Below, piece by piece: positions 21,622 to 31,374 of a DNA stretch of 64,000 bases (the stretch's first letter is position 1; each line of letters opens with the position of its first letter). Position numbers and translations under genes: made by a program. Under the pieces are notes generated by a model. It was not told the DNA's origin. It saw nothing but the letters and a program-made list of their open reading frames with translations, and searched no databases. This stretch comes from Nitrospirota bacterium (GTDB taxonomy: Bacteria; Nitrospirota; UBA9217). The stretch covers positions 448,001-512,000 of the forward strand of contig CAWCKW010000013.1 of NCBI GenBank assembly GCA_963796285.1. The letters run 5' to 3'.

Positions 21622-22866
21622 TTGAGTAACACAAGTGACCCTTATATACAATCCCTGTTTGCCGAACGGATCGGCGGCGCGATGTTCGGCAAGGAACAGA
21701 AGATCTACAAGTTCGAGAAGATCAAGCGCGCAAAACGCGCGGCCCTCGCGGCCCATCCCGGCGCCGAGCTCATTGATTTCGGCGTAGGGGAGCCTGACGA
21801 GATGGCCTTCCCCGGCGTGGTCCGGACGCTCCAGCAGGAAACGGAAAAGCCCGAGAACCGCGGCTATGCCGACAACGGCATTCAGGAGTTCAAGGACGCT
21901 GCTGCCCGTTACCTTCGGACGATCTACGGGGTGGACCAAATCAACCCCGAGACCGAGGTGCTGCACGGCATCGGGAGCAAGCCCGTGCTCGCCATGTTCC
22001 CGGCGATCTTCATCAACCCCGGCGACGTAACGCTCATGACCGTGCCCGGCTATCCCATCATGGGCACGCACACCCGCTGGTACGGCGGAGAGGTCGTGAA
22101 TCTGCCGCTCCGCGAGGAGAACGGTTTTTTGCCGGACCTCGACTCCGTGCCGGCGGACGCGAGGAAACGCGCCAAGCTCCTGTATCTTAATTATCCGAAC
22201 AACCCGACGGGAGCAGGCGCGACCGGGGCGTTCTTCGAAAAGGTCGTGAAGTTCGCGAAGCAGAATAATATCATTGTAGTCCAGGACGCGGCGTATGCAG
22301 CGCTCATGTACGGCTCCCGGCCGCTTTCCTTCCTGTCGGTGCCGGGTGCGAAGGACGTCGGCGTTGAGATCCACTCGCTCTCAAAGGCATTCAACATGAC
22401 GGGCTGGCGTCTTGCCTTCGTGGCGGGTAACGAGCGCGTGATCGCGGGCTATGGGAATGTGAAGGACAATTATGACTCCGGCCAGTTCAAGGCGATCCAG
22501 AAGGCCGGCGTTTATGCCCTGGACCACCCCGATATCTCCATCGAGATCACGGCCAAGTACGAACGCAGGCTCCGGGCCATGTCCGGCGTACTGGCGGAGC
22601 TGGGGTTCAACGCAAAGATGCCGGCCGGCACGTTCTACCTGTACGTGAAAATGCCGAAGGGCGTCAAGGGCGGCAGGCGTTTCACAAACGCGGAAGAGTT
22701 CTCCGAGTTCCTCATCACCGAGAAGCTCATCAGCACCGTGCCCTGGGACGACGCGGGTTCCTATATCCGCTTCTCGGCGACCTTCGAGTCCAAAGGCAGG
22801 GCGGACGAGCAGCGGGTGCTCGACGAGTTCAAAAAACGGATGGGCGGTCTGCAGTTCGAGTTTTAA
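21622..22866 (+). CDS. dapL: LL-diaminopimelate aminotransferase
   Basis: Class I/II aminotransferase (NYPNNPTG, DAAY, SLSKAFNMTGWR); lies in the dap operon with dapF; TTG start after gggagg. Confidence 0.85.
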   Translation: MSNTSDPYIQSLFAERIGGAMFGKEQKIYKFEKIKRAKRAALAAHPGAELIDFGVGEPDEMAFPGVVRTLQQETEKPENRGYADNGIQEFKDAAARYLRTIYGVDQINPETEVLHGIGSKPVLAMFPAIFINPGDVTLMTVPGYPIMGTHTRWYGGEVVNLPLREENGFLPDLDSVPADARKRAKLLYLNYPNNPTGAGATGAFFEKVVKFAKQNNIIVVQDAAYAALMYGSRPLSFLSVPGAKDVGVEIHSLSKAFNMTGWRLAFVAGNERVIAGYGNVKDNYDSGQFKAIQKAGVYALDHPDISIEITAKYERRLRAMSGVLAELGFNAKMPAGTFYLYVKMPKGVKGGRRFTNAEEFSEFLITEKLISTVPWDDAGSYIRFSATFESKGRADEQRVLDEFKKRMGGLQFEF

Positions 22867-22956
22867 ACCGGGGATCTCTTTTCTCTACGGCACCAAGAAT
22901 GCTAATGTAGTCAACCATTGTGTCATTGTGTCTTCGTCGCTGTATTTGGTATTATT

Positions 22957-23457
22957 ATGCCTGTCATTGCATACATCGGAATAGGCTCGAACGTGGGAGA
23001 CAAGGCGGCCAATTGCCTGCGGGCCATCGAGTCCCTGGCTGAAGCGGGCCGGATCATCGACGTTTCCTCGCTCTACTACACCGAGCCCGTCGGCTTCAAA
23101 GCACAGGAGGATTTCATCAATGCCGTGGCCGCGCTTGAGACCGATCGACCGCCGGCTGAGCTCCTGGCAGTCTGCCATGCTATTGAAGAACGAATGGGGC
23201 GCCGGCGCACCGTGCGCTGGGGACCGCGTATCATTGACCTCGACATCCTGCTGTATGGCGACCTGGTGATGAACCGGCCGGACCTTGACATTCCCCACCC
23301 GTTGATGGCCGCGAGAAAGTTCGTGCTCGCTCCGCTCGTTGAGATCGCCCCCGACGCGGTGCATCCGGTATTGAACAAAACAACGGCGCAACTTCTCAGC
23401 GAGCTGCGGGATGCGCACACGGTCCTGAAGTATAAATCCGCCCAAAAAAAACAATGA
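22957..23457 (+). CDS. folK: 2-amino-4-hydroxy-6-hydroxymethyldihydropteridine diphosphokinase
   Basis: IGSNVG, WGPRIIDLDILLY and PHP motifs. Confidence 0.96.
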   Translation: MPVIAYIGIGSNVGDKAANCLRAIESLAEAGRIIDVSSLYYTEPVGFKAQEDFINAVAALETDRPPAELLAVCHAIEERMGRRRTVRWGPRIIDLDILLYGDLVMNRPDLDIPHPLMAARKFVLAPLVEIAPDAVHPVLNKTTAQLLSELRDAHTVLKYKSAQKKQ

Positions 23458-24116
23458 CTCAAAAACAGGACGTACACCATACCCGCTACATTGTGACCGA
23501 CGGCCCCCTCGGTGTCGGCAAGACGAGCCTCACGACCCTGCTCGCCCAGGAGCTCGGCGCCAGCCTTATCCTCGAGCAGGCGGAGGAAAACCCTTTTCTC
23601 ACCGATTTCTACAGGGACCCTGCGCGCTACCGGTTCCAGACGCAGATGTTCTTCCTCCTGAGCAGGTTCAGCCAGCAGCAGGAAATGGCGCAGCCGGACC
23701 TCTTTACGCGGATCACGATCAGCGACTACCTCTTTGACAAGGACCGGATCTTCGCGTACCTGAATCTGGACGATAATGAACTGGCGCTCTATGAGCAGGT
23801 CTACAAGATCCTTGAACCGAAGATCGTCCGGCCCGACCTGGTGATCTTTCTCCAGGCGGACACCGACACGCTGCTCCGCCGCATCAAACAGCGCGGGAGG
23901 TCCTTCGAGAAAGAGATCAGCCTCGATTACATCGCCGCTGTGAACGAGGCCTACAACCAGTTTTTCTTCCGCTATTCCGACACCCCGCTCCTCGTCATCA
24001 ACACCTCGGACATCGACTTTGTCCATCGCCGGGAAGACCTCGACGACCTGCTCAAACAGATCCTGGGCATGAAACAGGGCACGCAATATTATGTGCCGAG
24101 GTCAAGGGCAAAATAA
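23454..24116 (+). CDS. Deoxynucleoside kinase
   Basis: GPLGVGKT P-loop, NPFL.DFY, QMFFL.SR and RIKQRGR; follows folK as commonly seen. Confidence 0.9.
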   Translation: MTQKQDVHHTRYIVTDGPLGVGKTSLTTLLAQELGASLILEQAEENPFLTDFYRDPARYRFQTQMFFLLSRFSQQQEMAQPDLFTRITISDYLFDKDRIFAYLNLDDNELALYEQVYKILEPKIVRPDLVIFLQADTDTLLRRIKQRGRSFEKEISLDYIAAVNEAYNQFFFRYSDTPLLVINTSDIDFVHRREDLDDLLKQILGMKQGTQYYVPRSRAK

Positions 24117-24228
24117 TTCGCACAAAGTTAATGGCATCGCGTACTCAGTGCGCACGGGAAGGAAGCAGACAGGTTGTGTTTTTTCTGATTGCGGTTTATC
24201 TTCTTTTTGTGTAGGATTGACCCCATCC

Positions 24229-25164
24229 ATGGCGCTCTATATTTTGAAAAGGCTTTTGCTCTTCATCCCCACCCTTCTCGGCATCACCCTTATCACCTTC
24301 ATCCTGATGCAATACCTGCCCGGGGACCCGGTAACGGCCATGGTTGGCGAACGAGCCTCTCCCGAGACCATCGCACGGATCCGAACTGAACTCGGCTTGG
24401 ACAAATCGCTCACCTATCAGTATTTCATGTATCTTAAACGACTCGCTGCCGGCGAGCTCGGCCGCTCCTACTACACGAACCGGAAGATCAGTGAAGACCT
24501 GCTCCAAAAATTCCCGAACACGGCGAGGCTCGCGCTCGCTGCGATGCTCTTCGCGTCGGTCATCGGCATCGGCTTGGGTGTGTTCGCGGCTTCTAAGCGC
24601 GGCACGAACTGGGACAGAGTTGTGACCCTCCTGTCCGTGGGAGGCATCTCCATCCCGGTCTTCTGGCTCGGCCTTGCGCTCATGCTTCTGTTCGCCTTCT
24701 ATCTTCGATGGCTCCCGCCCTCGGGCATGGGCAATGGCAGCCTCATCAACATCATTCTCCCGGCGGTCACGCTCGGGACCTTCTCGCTCTCCTACATCGT
24801 GCGCGTAACGCGATCCACCATGCTTGAGACGCTCTCCCAGCCTTACGTTGCCGCTGCCCGGGCCAAGGGCTTGTCGGAATCCAACGTGGTGTTCAAACAC
24901 GCGCTCAAGAACGCGCTCATCCCCGTGGTAACGCTCATCGGCCTGGATCTCGGTTCGTATTTGAACGGCGCGGTATTGACCGAGACGATCTTCGGATGGG
25001 ACGGCCTGGGACGCTATGCGCTCGACGGGATCCTAAAACGGGACTACCCCGTCATCATGGGGGTTGTGCTCTTCGGCGCAGTGATCTTCGTGGGCATGAA
25101 CCTTCTGGTCGATATCTCATACCACTTCCTGGATCCGCGGGTAAGAGTGAAGAGTGAACAGTAA
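24229..25164 (+). CDS. Peptide/nickel ABC transporter permease (DppB/OppB-like)
   Basis: PGDP N-terminus, ARAKGL EAA loop, ETIFGWDGLG and DPRV end. Confidence 0.92.
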   Translation: MALYILKRLLLFIPTLLGITLITFILMQYLPGDPVTAMVGERASPETIARIRTELGLDKSLTYQYFMYLKRLAAGELGRSYYTNRKISEDLLQKFPNTARLALAAMLFASVIGIGLGVFAASKRGTNWDRVVTLLSVGGISIPVFWLGLALMLLFAFYLRWLPPSGMGNGSLINIILPAVTLGTFSLSYIVRVTRSTMLETLSQPYVAAARAKGLSESNVVFKHALKNALIPVVTLIGLDLGSYLNGAVLTETIFGWDGLGRYALDGILKRDYPVIMGVVLFGAVIFVGMNLLVDISYHFLDPRVRVKSEQ

Positions 25165-25200
25165 GAATTTGGGAGTTCGGAGTGATTAAACTACCAGTCC

Positions 25201-26037
25201 ATGCTCGATAACCTTTCGATAAAAGATCTGACGTCAAGCACCCCTGCCCTGATCGCGGCGGTCCTGCTCATCATGCTCGTGCTCACGGCTGTTGTCGGGC
25301 CTTTTCTTGTTTCCTACGATCCTCTCGCCATGGACCTCGACAGTCTGAAGCAGCCGCCGGACAGAGCGCATCTCTTCGGCACGGACAGCAAGGGCAGGGA
25401 CATCCTCTCTCGCGTTGTCTACGGGTCTCGCATCTCTCTCAGCGTGGGGATCATCGCAGCCGCTCTCTCGCTCTGCATCGGTATCTTCTTCGGATTGATC
25501 GCGGGTTACTTCGGCAGGACCGTGGATGCCTTCTTCTCACAGGTCTTCGACATCTTTCTGGCCTTCCCCAGTCTGCTGCTCGCCATCGGCATCAGCGCGG
25601 TCATGCCCCCGGGGCTGACCTCCGCCATGCTCGCGATCACGCTCGTTGGTTGGGCCGGGTTCGCCCGCCTCGTTCGCGGGATCACCCTGTCTCTGAAGGA
25701 ACAGACGTATGTTGAGGCGTCACGGGCCCTCGGCGCTTCACCGGCAAGGATCTTGTACCGGCACATCCTCCCGAACGCGCTTCCATTGATCCTCGTGGCC
25801 GGCAGTCTGCGGGTGGGCGGGTTCATCCTGCTCGAAGCAGCGCTCTCGTTCCTCGGCCTCGGTGTGCAGCCGCCCACGCCCACCTGGGGCTCGATGATCA
25901 GCCTGAACCGCGCCTATATAAACTCCGCGCCCTGGATGGTGATCTTTCCCGGCCTCGCCATCAGCATCACCGTGATATGCTTCAACATCCTCGGCGATTT
26001 TTTGCGGGACAAGCTCGACCCTAGGATGCAGGTGTAG
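25201..26037 (+). CDS. Peptide/nickel ABC transporter permease (DppC/OppC-like)
   Basis: GTDSKGRDILSR, EASRALGA, HILPN and LSFLGLG motifs. Confidence 0.92.
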   Translation: MLDNLSIKDLTSSTPALIAAVLLIMLVLTAVVGPFLVSYDPLAMDLDSLKQPPDRAHLFGTDSKGRDILSRVVYGSRISLSVGIIAAALSLCIGIFFGLIAGYFGRTVDAFFSQVFDIFLAFPSLLLAIGISAVMPPGLTSAMLAITLVGWAGFARLVRGITLSLKEQTYVEASRALGASPARILYRHILPNALPLILVAGSLRVGGFILLEAALSFLGLGVQPPTPTWGSMISLNRAYINSAPWMVIFPGLAISITVICFNILGDFLRDKLDPRMQV

Positions 26038-26241
26038 CACGCAGTATAAAGGAAGGCTTGGCGAACGAAGTGGAACACGATCTGCCTGCCCGAAAAGTAC
26101 CGGGGGCAATAGTTGACTTTACAAATTAGTTAGTGCGTATAACGTACTTCCCGTATCTGTAGCTGTTTCCATTCTTTGAAGCTCAGAAGGTTCCATCCCG
26201 AATTCTGCAACGTCTACCAATAAAATATGCATCCGATAGTG

Positions 26242-26270
26242 TTGACAAAGTGCCAAGTCAGGCATATATT
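26242..26270 (+). promoter_or_regulatory. Sigma70-like promoter for the DsrC-like gene
   Basis: TTGACA-17 bp-TATATT. Confidence 0.55.
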
Positions 26271-26305
26271 CATTTCGAACACCAGACTCCCGCGGAGAAG
26301 GCCCT

Positions 26306-26650
26306 ATGCCGGTGATACTGCATAATGACCTCAAGATAACTGTTGACGAAGACGGGTTCCTGGCCGAGCTTGAAGACTGGTCTGAAACGGTCGCGCGCGT
26401 TCTCGCTGCACAGGAAGGAATCACAGAACTGGCGGAAGACCAGCTCGACATCCTGAAGTTCATGAGGGAGTATTATAAAAAACATAAATTCTTCCCGATC
26501 GTGCGCTACGTGTGCAAGAATGTCCACCAGCCCCGCAACTGTGTCACGGACAAATTCATTGACCCGGTCAAGGCCTGGAAGATCGCCGGTTTGCCGAACC
26601 CCGGCGTGGAAGTGATCAATTTCAAAACCTGGGACCCGCTCGGGTATTAA
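26306..26650 (+). CDS. TusE/DsrC/DsvC family protein lacking the C-terminal cysteines
   Basis: DEDGFL...W, FMREYY and KIAGLP family motifs. Confidence 0.85.
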   Translation: MPVILHNDLKITVDEDGFLAELEDWSETVARVLAAQEGITELAEDQLDILKFMREYYKKHKFFPIVRYVCKNVHQPRNCVTDKFIDPVKAWKIAGLPNPGVEVINFKTWDPLGY

Positions 26651-26800
26651 AGATGGAATATAAGATGGTGATATCTTTTCAAGTCGTCATGGTCCAATCC
26701 CATAAGTTGAACAGGGGAAATCCTGTCTACAAACAGGATCTGGCCCATTTCAAATACCTGGAGATGTCCAACCCCGGAAGTCCCTTAAGGAGGCCATTCC

Positions 26801-27250
26801 ATGCATAAGCAGTCTGGAATCGTACCGTTCGTCTTCGGATTAGTACTGGGCATTCTGTGCGTGATCTACCTGCCCAAATACGTGCGGCCTTACCTGCCCG
26901 AATCACTGGTTGGTAAAGAAATCGTGGTCAAGGGGACCGTTGCGGCAAAGGAGAAAAAGGGGGTTGCTCTTCTTCTGACCGTGAATACGCCCGAAGGCGC
27001 TCTGCTGGCAACCTTCGAGAAGAAGGCAGACGAGGTCAATCTCCTGATCAACGAAAAAGACGAGGTCTACTTTATCCTGCCGAAGTACATGCCTTTTATC
27101 GACGACCCGAAAATCATACGAGTTGTAAAAGAACAACCGGCAGTTCCTCCGCCGGCCGCTGTTCCGGCCCCCGGCCGCAGGATGGAAGTGAAACCACCGG
27201 ACCGGGGTAGCAGCGCGCCGCCCATCGGAGATAAGAAGACCGGGCGGTGA
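26801..27250 (+). CDS. Hypothetical membrane-anchored protein
   Basis: RBS aggagg, N-terminal TM segment, Pro-rich tail. Confidence 0.65.
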   Translation: MHKQSGIVPFVFGLVLGILCVIYLPKYVRPYLPESLVGKEIVVKGTVAAKEKKGVALLLTVNTPEGALLATFEKKADEVNLLINEKDEVYFILPKYMPFIDDPKIIRVVKEQPAVPPPAAVPAPGRRMEVKPPDRGSSAPPIGDKKTGR

Positions 27251-27453
27251 ATAGCTACGCATTTCGCACTTGGATGGCCCGTTGTAGTATTAGAGGGACG
27301 GGATCAATGCCCCGGGTGAATGCTGCGTGAACCTGCGCATCCAAGGGCTCACTTCAGTTGCGTTTTATGTACATCCTATACTTCACATCACAATTAATAT
27401 TAATAAACGGATACAGATAGAAAGACATCATCACGAATATCTCTGGAGGTTGT

Positions 27454-27747
27454 ATGAATGGAGATGTATGTTTACCCGATAAGTCACAAATTGCGCGTGA
27501 GATCCTGACGTATTTAGCTAAGCACCCGGATGCACAGGATACGTTGGATAGCATTATTCGAAGCTGGCTGCCTGACCAAGAGGACAAGTATAAACTAGCA
27601 ATTGTACGCGAAGTAGTAAAGGACCTTGTTTTAGAAGGAACGATTCTGGAGAGTAAAACACCAGGTTCAGACACAGTATATAGGCTTAATGTTGCTAAAC
27701 GGAATAGAATGAAAGAATTGTTGAAGAAAATGGGCGGAAAAGAATAG
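27454..27747 (+). CDS. Hypothetical protein, possibly winged-helix
   Basis: RBS ggagg; ILTYLAKHPDAQDTL..I.. pattern; low GC. Confidence 0.6.
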   Translation: MNGDVCLPDKSQIAREILTYLAKHPDAQDTLDSIIRSWLPDQEDKYKLAIVREVVKDLVLEGTILESKTPGSDTVYRLNVAKRNRMKELLKKMGGKE

Positions 27748-27811
27748 TGCTGCCTGTCTCCGTTGCCGTTTCCATTTGTTTAAACGCATAAATTAATAAC
27801 CAGGAGTGGCT

Positions 27812-28120
27812 ATGTCTGTTGTCAGGATTTCGCGCGCATTTTTCAGGCCTGACGAATACGACAGGATTGCAAAGCGTCTCGAAGACGCCCAGCAAACGCT
27901 TGTTCCGGGGATTCTTCAGCTTAACGGGTGCCTGCATTATTGGGCAGGCATTGATCATCAATCAAACACAATGGTGAATGTGAGTGTGTGGCGATCATTG
28001 ACCGATGCTCAACAGATGGAAACTCTGGCGCCGATGTTGGCGCTCGCGGAGGAATTCAGCCAACTTGGTGTCAACTTTGAGCGCCCAATCGTAAATTATG
28101 AAGTACTATGGGAGATCTGA
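27812..28120 (+). CDS. Hypothetical protein, possibly ABM-like dimeric alpha/beta barrel
   Basis: RBS aggag; L.G......G.D....VNVSVW.S...A pattern. Confidence 0.6.
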   Translation: MSVVRISRAFFRPDEYDRIAKRLEDAQQTLVPGILQLNGCLHYWAGIDHQSNTMVNVSVWRSLTDAQQMETLAPMLALAEEFSQLGVNFERPIVNYEVLWEI

Positions 28121-28365
28121 CGCACGCTTTCCTTGTGCGGATTGTAAGGAATTCCTCCTGTAAGTGTTCTAAATAGCATTCTACCCTTCGACTACCACAT
28201 GTCATGTTATGAAATCTGTATCTAAATAGCAGGTTCCATGCTTTCCAAGGTTAGCATGCTTCGCCAATTATCCAATTGACTTGCCGTTTTCTGCTTCCCC
28301 GTGCATCCATGAACGCTTGACAAAATCAGCTTGTAAACTATTGTGTTCGTGTTAGTATAACCGTC

Positions 28366-29157
28366 ATGAACGACATCATTCGCGCAAAAAAATCCCTGGG
28401 ACAGAACTTCCTGCGGGACCCGCACTATCTCAACAGGATCGCCGATGCAGCGCAGGTCGGCCCGGGAGACCAGGTGCTGGAGATCGGACCGGGGCTCGGC
28501 CATCTCACGACGGTCCTTGCACACAGGGCGCATAAGGTTTTGGCCATCGAAGTGGATGACCGGCTGATCCCGCATTTGCAGGACGAGTTCGGCTCAGTAC
28601 CGAATTTCGAGCTCCTTCATGCCGATGCGCTTGAGTATGACTATGCGTCGCTCAACGGCCGGTGGAAGGTCGTCGCGAACCTTCCTTATTATATTTCCAC
28701 GCCGATCATTCAAAAACTTATCGTACACCGAGAGAAGTTCATCAGCCTTACGCTCATGCTCCAAAAGGAAGTTGCTGAACGCATCGCGTCTCCTCCCGGG
28801 GGAAAGGAATACGGTTATCTATCGGTGCTCGTGCAATTTTATACCGTGCCGAGGATAGAGTTCAAAGTGCCGCCGGGCTCCTTTACACCCAGGCCCGAGG
28901 TGGACTCGATCGTGATCACCCTCACCTTGCGCGACCGGCCCGCGGTCTTGGTCAAGGATGAGGCCTTCTTCTTTCGCGTGATCAAGGCGGCGTTCTCCCA
29001 GCGCAGGAAGACGCTCCGAAATGCCCTGAAGCAGCTTGAGGCCCCTCAAGACAGGATGGCAGCGGTTTTGAACGGCACCGGCATCGACCTCGGACGAAGG
29101 GCCGAAACCCTCACGGTCGAGGAGTTCGGCAAACTGGCGGATTTTTTACTTTCCTGA
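28366..29157 (+). CDS. rsmA: 16S rRNA m6(2)A dimethyltransferase
   Basis: KKSLGQNFL, EIGPGLG, ANLPYYIS and FSQRRKTL motifs. Confidence 0.97.
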   Translation: MNDIIRAKKSLGQNFLRDPHYLNRIADAAQVGPGDQVLEIGPGLGHLTTVLAHRAHKVLAIEVDDRLIPHLQDEFGSVPNFELLHADALEYDYASLNGRWKVVANLPYYISTPIIQKLIVHREKFISLTLMLQKEVAERIASPPGGKEYGYLSVLVQFYTVPRIEFKVPPGSFTPRPEVDSIVITLTLRDRPAVLVKDEAFFFRVIKAAFSQRRKTLRNALKQLEAPQDRMAAVLNGTGIDLGRRAETLTVEEFGKLADFLLS

Positions 29158-29186
29158 TCTCGACAACGTATTAAATAATTAATTTT

Positions 29187-29389
29187 GTATCTACTCAGGT
29201 ACGACCGCACCAAATGCCGAACCTTTTCGCGCAAAGCCGCAAAGTCGCAAAGAACGTCAACAACGTGGGAAACTTGATTAGTTCGTAAGAAAACAATAAC
29301 GCCTGATTCTTCCTGTATACGAGACCTGCTTTCCTTTGCGACTTTGCGGCTTTGCGCGAGACGCCTTTGTTTTTGACCTGAATAGTTAC
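29187..29389. mobile_element. MITE-like element, copy 2 (203 bp)
   Basis: TIRs GTATCTACTCAGG ... CCTGAATAGTTAC; flanking TTAATTTT / TTAATTAT (7 of 8 match); core inverted relative to copy 1. Confidence 0.8.
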
Positions 29390-29454
29390 TTAATTATTAT
29401 CAAGGTAGAATGACCTTGGACCACGTTGCAGAGCCTTTGCACTTTCTTTTCGCC

Positions 29455-29482
29455 TTGACATTTAATCATCTTGCCATATAAT
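29455..29482 (+). promoter_or_regulatory. Sigma70 promoter upstream of gmhA
   Basis: Perfect TTGACA-16 bp-TATAAT. Confidence 0.65.
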
Positions 29483-29519
29483 AAACGCCTGTTCATTCTT
29501 GCCAATTCAGGAGCGGTTC

Positions 29520-30101
29520 ATGAAAGACGCGATCATCAAGGCATTCGAAGAGAGTGCCCGGATAAAGGTCAAGTTCGTCAGGGAAAATGTCGACAAGATC
29601 ATGGAAGTGGTCCAACTGATCGCGCAGGCGTTCCGCGAAGGTAAGAAGGTCCTTCTCTTCGGCAACGGCGGGAGCTCTACTGATGCCTCTCATATTGCCG
29701 CCGAGTTTGTGAACCGCTTTATCATTGAACGGCCGCCCCTGCCCGCGATCGCGCTGAACACCGACGTTGCGGTGCTCACGAGCATCAGCAACGATTACGA
29801 CTTTTCGCAGGTATTTGCAAAGCAGATCGCCGCCCTCGGCAATGAAGGCGACGTGGTGATCGGCCTCAGCACGAGCGGCAACTCACCGAATGTGGTCAAG
29901 GCGATCGACGTGGCGAAGAAGAACGGTATGAGGACCATCGTCCTGACCGGCGGCAACGGCGGCAAGCTCGCGAACAAGGCTGACCATACGTTCATTGTCC
30001 AATCAAAGGTTACGGCGCGCATCCAGGAAACGCACATCACGCTCGGCCATACCATCTGCCAGATGGTGGATGAAGAGCTGTTCGGAAACCACGGGAAATA
30101 G
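29520..30101 (+). CDS. gmhA: Phosphoheptose isomerase
   Basis: FGNGGS, SNDY, STSGNSPNV and RIQETH motifs. Confidence 0.95.
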   Translation: MKDAIIKAFEESARIKVKFVRENVDKIMEVVQLIAQAFREGKKVLLFGNGGSSTDASHIAAEFVNRFIIERPPLPAIALNTDVAVLTSISNDYDFSQVFAKQIAALGNEGDVVIGLSTSGNSPNVVKAIDVAKKNGMRTIVLTGGNGGKLANKADHTFIVQSKVTARIQETHITLGHTICQMVDEELFGNHGK

Positions 30102-30106
30102 ACCGC

Positions 30107-31036
30107 ATGAAAAACTTCGACACCTCAGGCATAAAAACCTATTCAATCAAGGGCCGCGAAAGCAAGGTCCGGACCAGCGATTTCGCCAGGCCGCACAGGA
30201 AGGGCGCGAGCTTCAAGGATTTTTTCTTCTCACTGCCGAACATCCTCGCGTCCCGGCATTTCAAGGACGTCGTGGCCGCGATCGTCCAGGCGCGAAAGGA
30301 CAAGCGTCCCGTCATGCTCGGCATGGGCGCCCACGCGATCAAGGTCGGATTGAATCCCGTGATCATCGACCTGATGGAGCGTGGGATCATCACGAGCCTC
30401 TCGCTCAATGGCGCGGGCATCATCCACGACTTCGAACTTGCCCTGGTCGGCCGGACCTCGGAAGATGTTGATAAGGAGATCCTCACCGGCGCCTTCGGCA
30501 TGGCCGAGGAGACCGGCAATATGCTGAACAAGGCGATCAATGCGGCAGGCGCTGAGGAGGGTATCGGCGCTGCGATCGGCAGGATGATCCAGGACGGCGA
30601 TTTCCCGTACAAGGACATCAGCCTGCTCGCTGCAGGCCGCCGCCTGGGTGTCCCGGTGACGGTCCACGTTGCCATCGGGACCGACATCATCCACATGCAC
30701 CCGTCTTTTGACGGCAGGGCGACCGGCGAAGCCGCTCACCGCGACTTTCTGGCCTTCTGTTCAATCGTTTCCGGCATAGAGGGCGGTGTGTACGTCAATC
30801 TCGGCTCCGCTGTGCTGCTGCCTGAGATCTTCCTGAAGGCCGTGACCCTTTGCAGGAACCTCGGGCATTCGCTCCATCACTTCACCACCGTGAACATGGA
30901 CTTTGTCCAGCACTACCGCCCGAACACCAACGTGGTGCGCCGTCCAACCCAGGACGGCGGCAGGGGCTTCGCGCTTACCGGCCATCACGAGATCATGCTC
31001 CCCCTCCTTGCCGCGGCCATAATCGAAGAGTTATAG
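30107..31036 (+). CDS. Conserved hypothetical protein with a probable deoxyhypusine synthase-like fold
   Basis: GAHAIKVG, NGAGIIHDFE, GSAVLLPE.FLK and GHHEIM motifs; coupled to gmhA. Confidence 0.7.
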   Translation: MKNFDTSGIKTYSIKGRESKVRTSDFARPHRKGASFKDFFFSLPNILASRHFKDVVAAIVQARKDKRPVMLGMGAHAIKVGLNPVIIDLMERGIITSLSLNGAGIIHDFELALVGRTSEDVDKEILTGAFGMAEETGNMLNKAINAAGAEEGIGAAIGRMIQDGDFPYKDISLLAAGRRLGVPVTVHVAIGTDIIHMHPSFDGRATGEAAHRDFLAFCSIVSGIEGGVYVNLGSAVLLPEIFLKAVTLCRNLGHSLHHFTTVNMDFVQHYRPNTNVVRRPTQDGGRGFALTGHHEIMLPLLAAAIIEEL

Positions 31037-31310
31037 CACAAACACCGACCTCGCCTTCATTGTTCCTTAGTATCCTTTTCCCATCATAAAGCAACCCACG
31101 TACCCATTTCACCTAATCAAGTAAAATTATTATGATCTCGTAAAAGACTGAACTAAAGAACTGCGGAGCACTGGGGGCAGGTCGGGAAAACGCATTCATT
31201 ACAAATGTTTTTCTCCGTCTATCAATATTGGCGTGGCGAACGTTGACACCCTGCCAATGCATTATATATATGATTATTAGGAAATTTTATGGTGTTTTCC
31301 GGGTTTTTTC

Positions 31311-31339
31311 TTGACAAAAAACAGGGGTTCCTGTAAATT
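31311..31339 (+). promoter_or_regulatory. Sigma70-like promoter for atpB
   Basis: TTGACA-17 bp-TAAATT. Confidence 0.5.
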
Positions 31340-31374
31340 TTTTGTGTATTTTAGCGATTATCAAGGAGCGTGCG

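Noticed and set aside
26100-28360. Integron cassette array or prophage remnant
   Set aside because: The genes are small and low-GC, but there are no convincing attC sites, integrase or phage genes.
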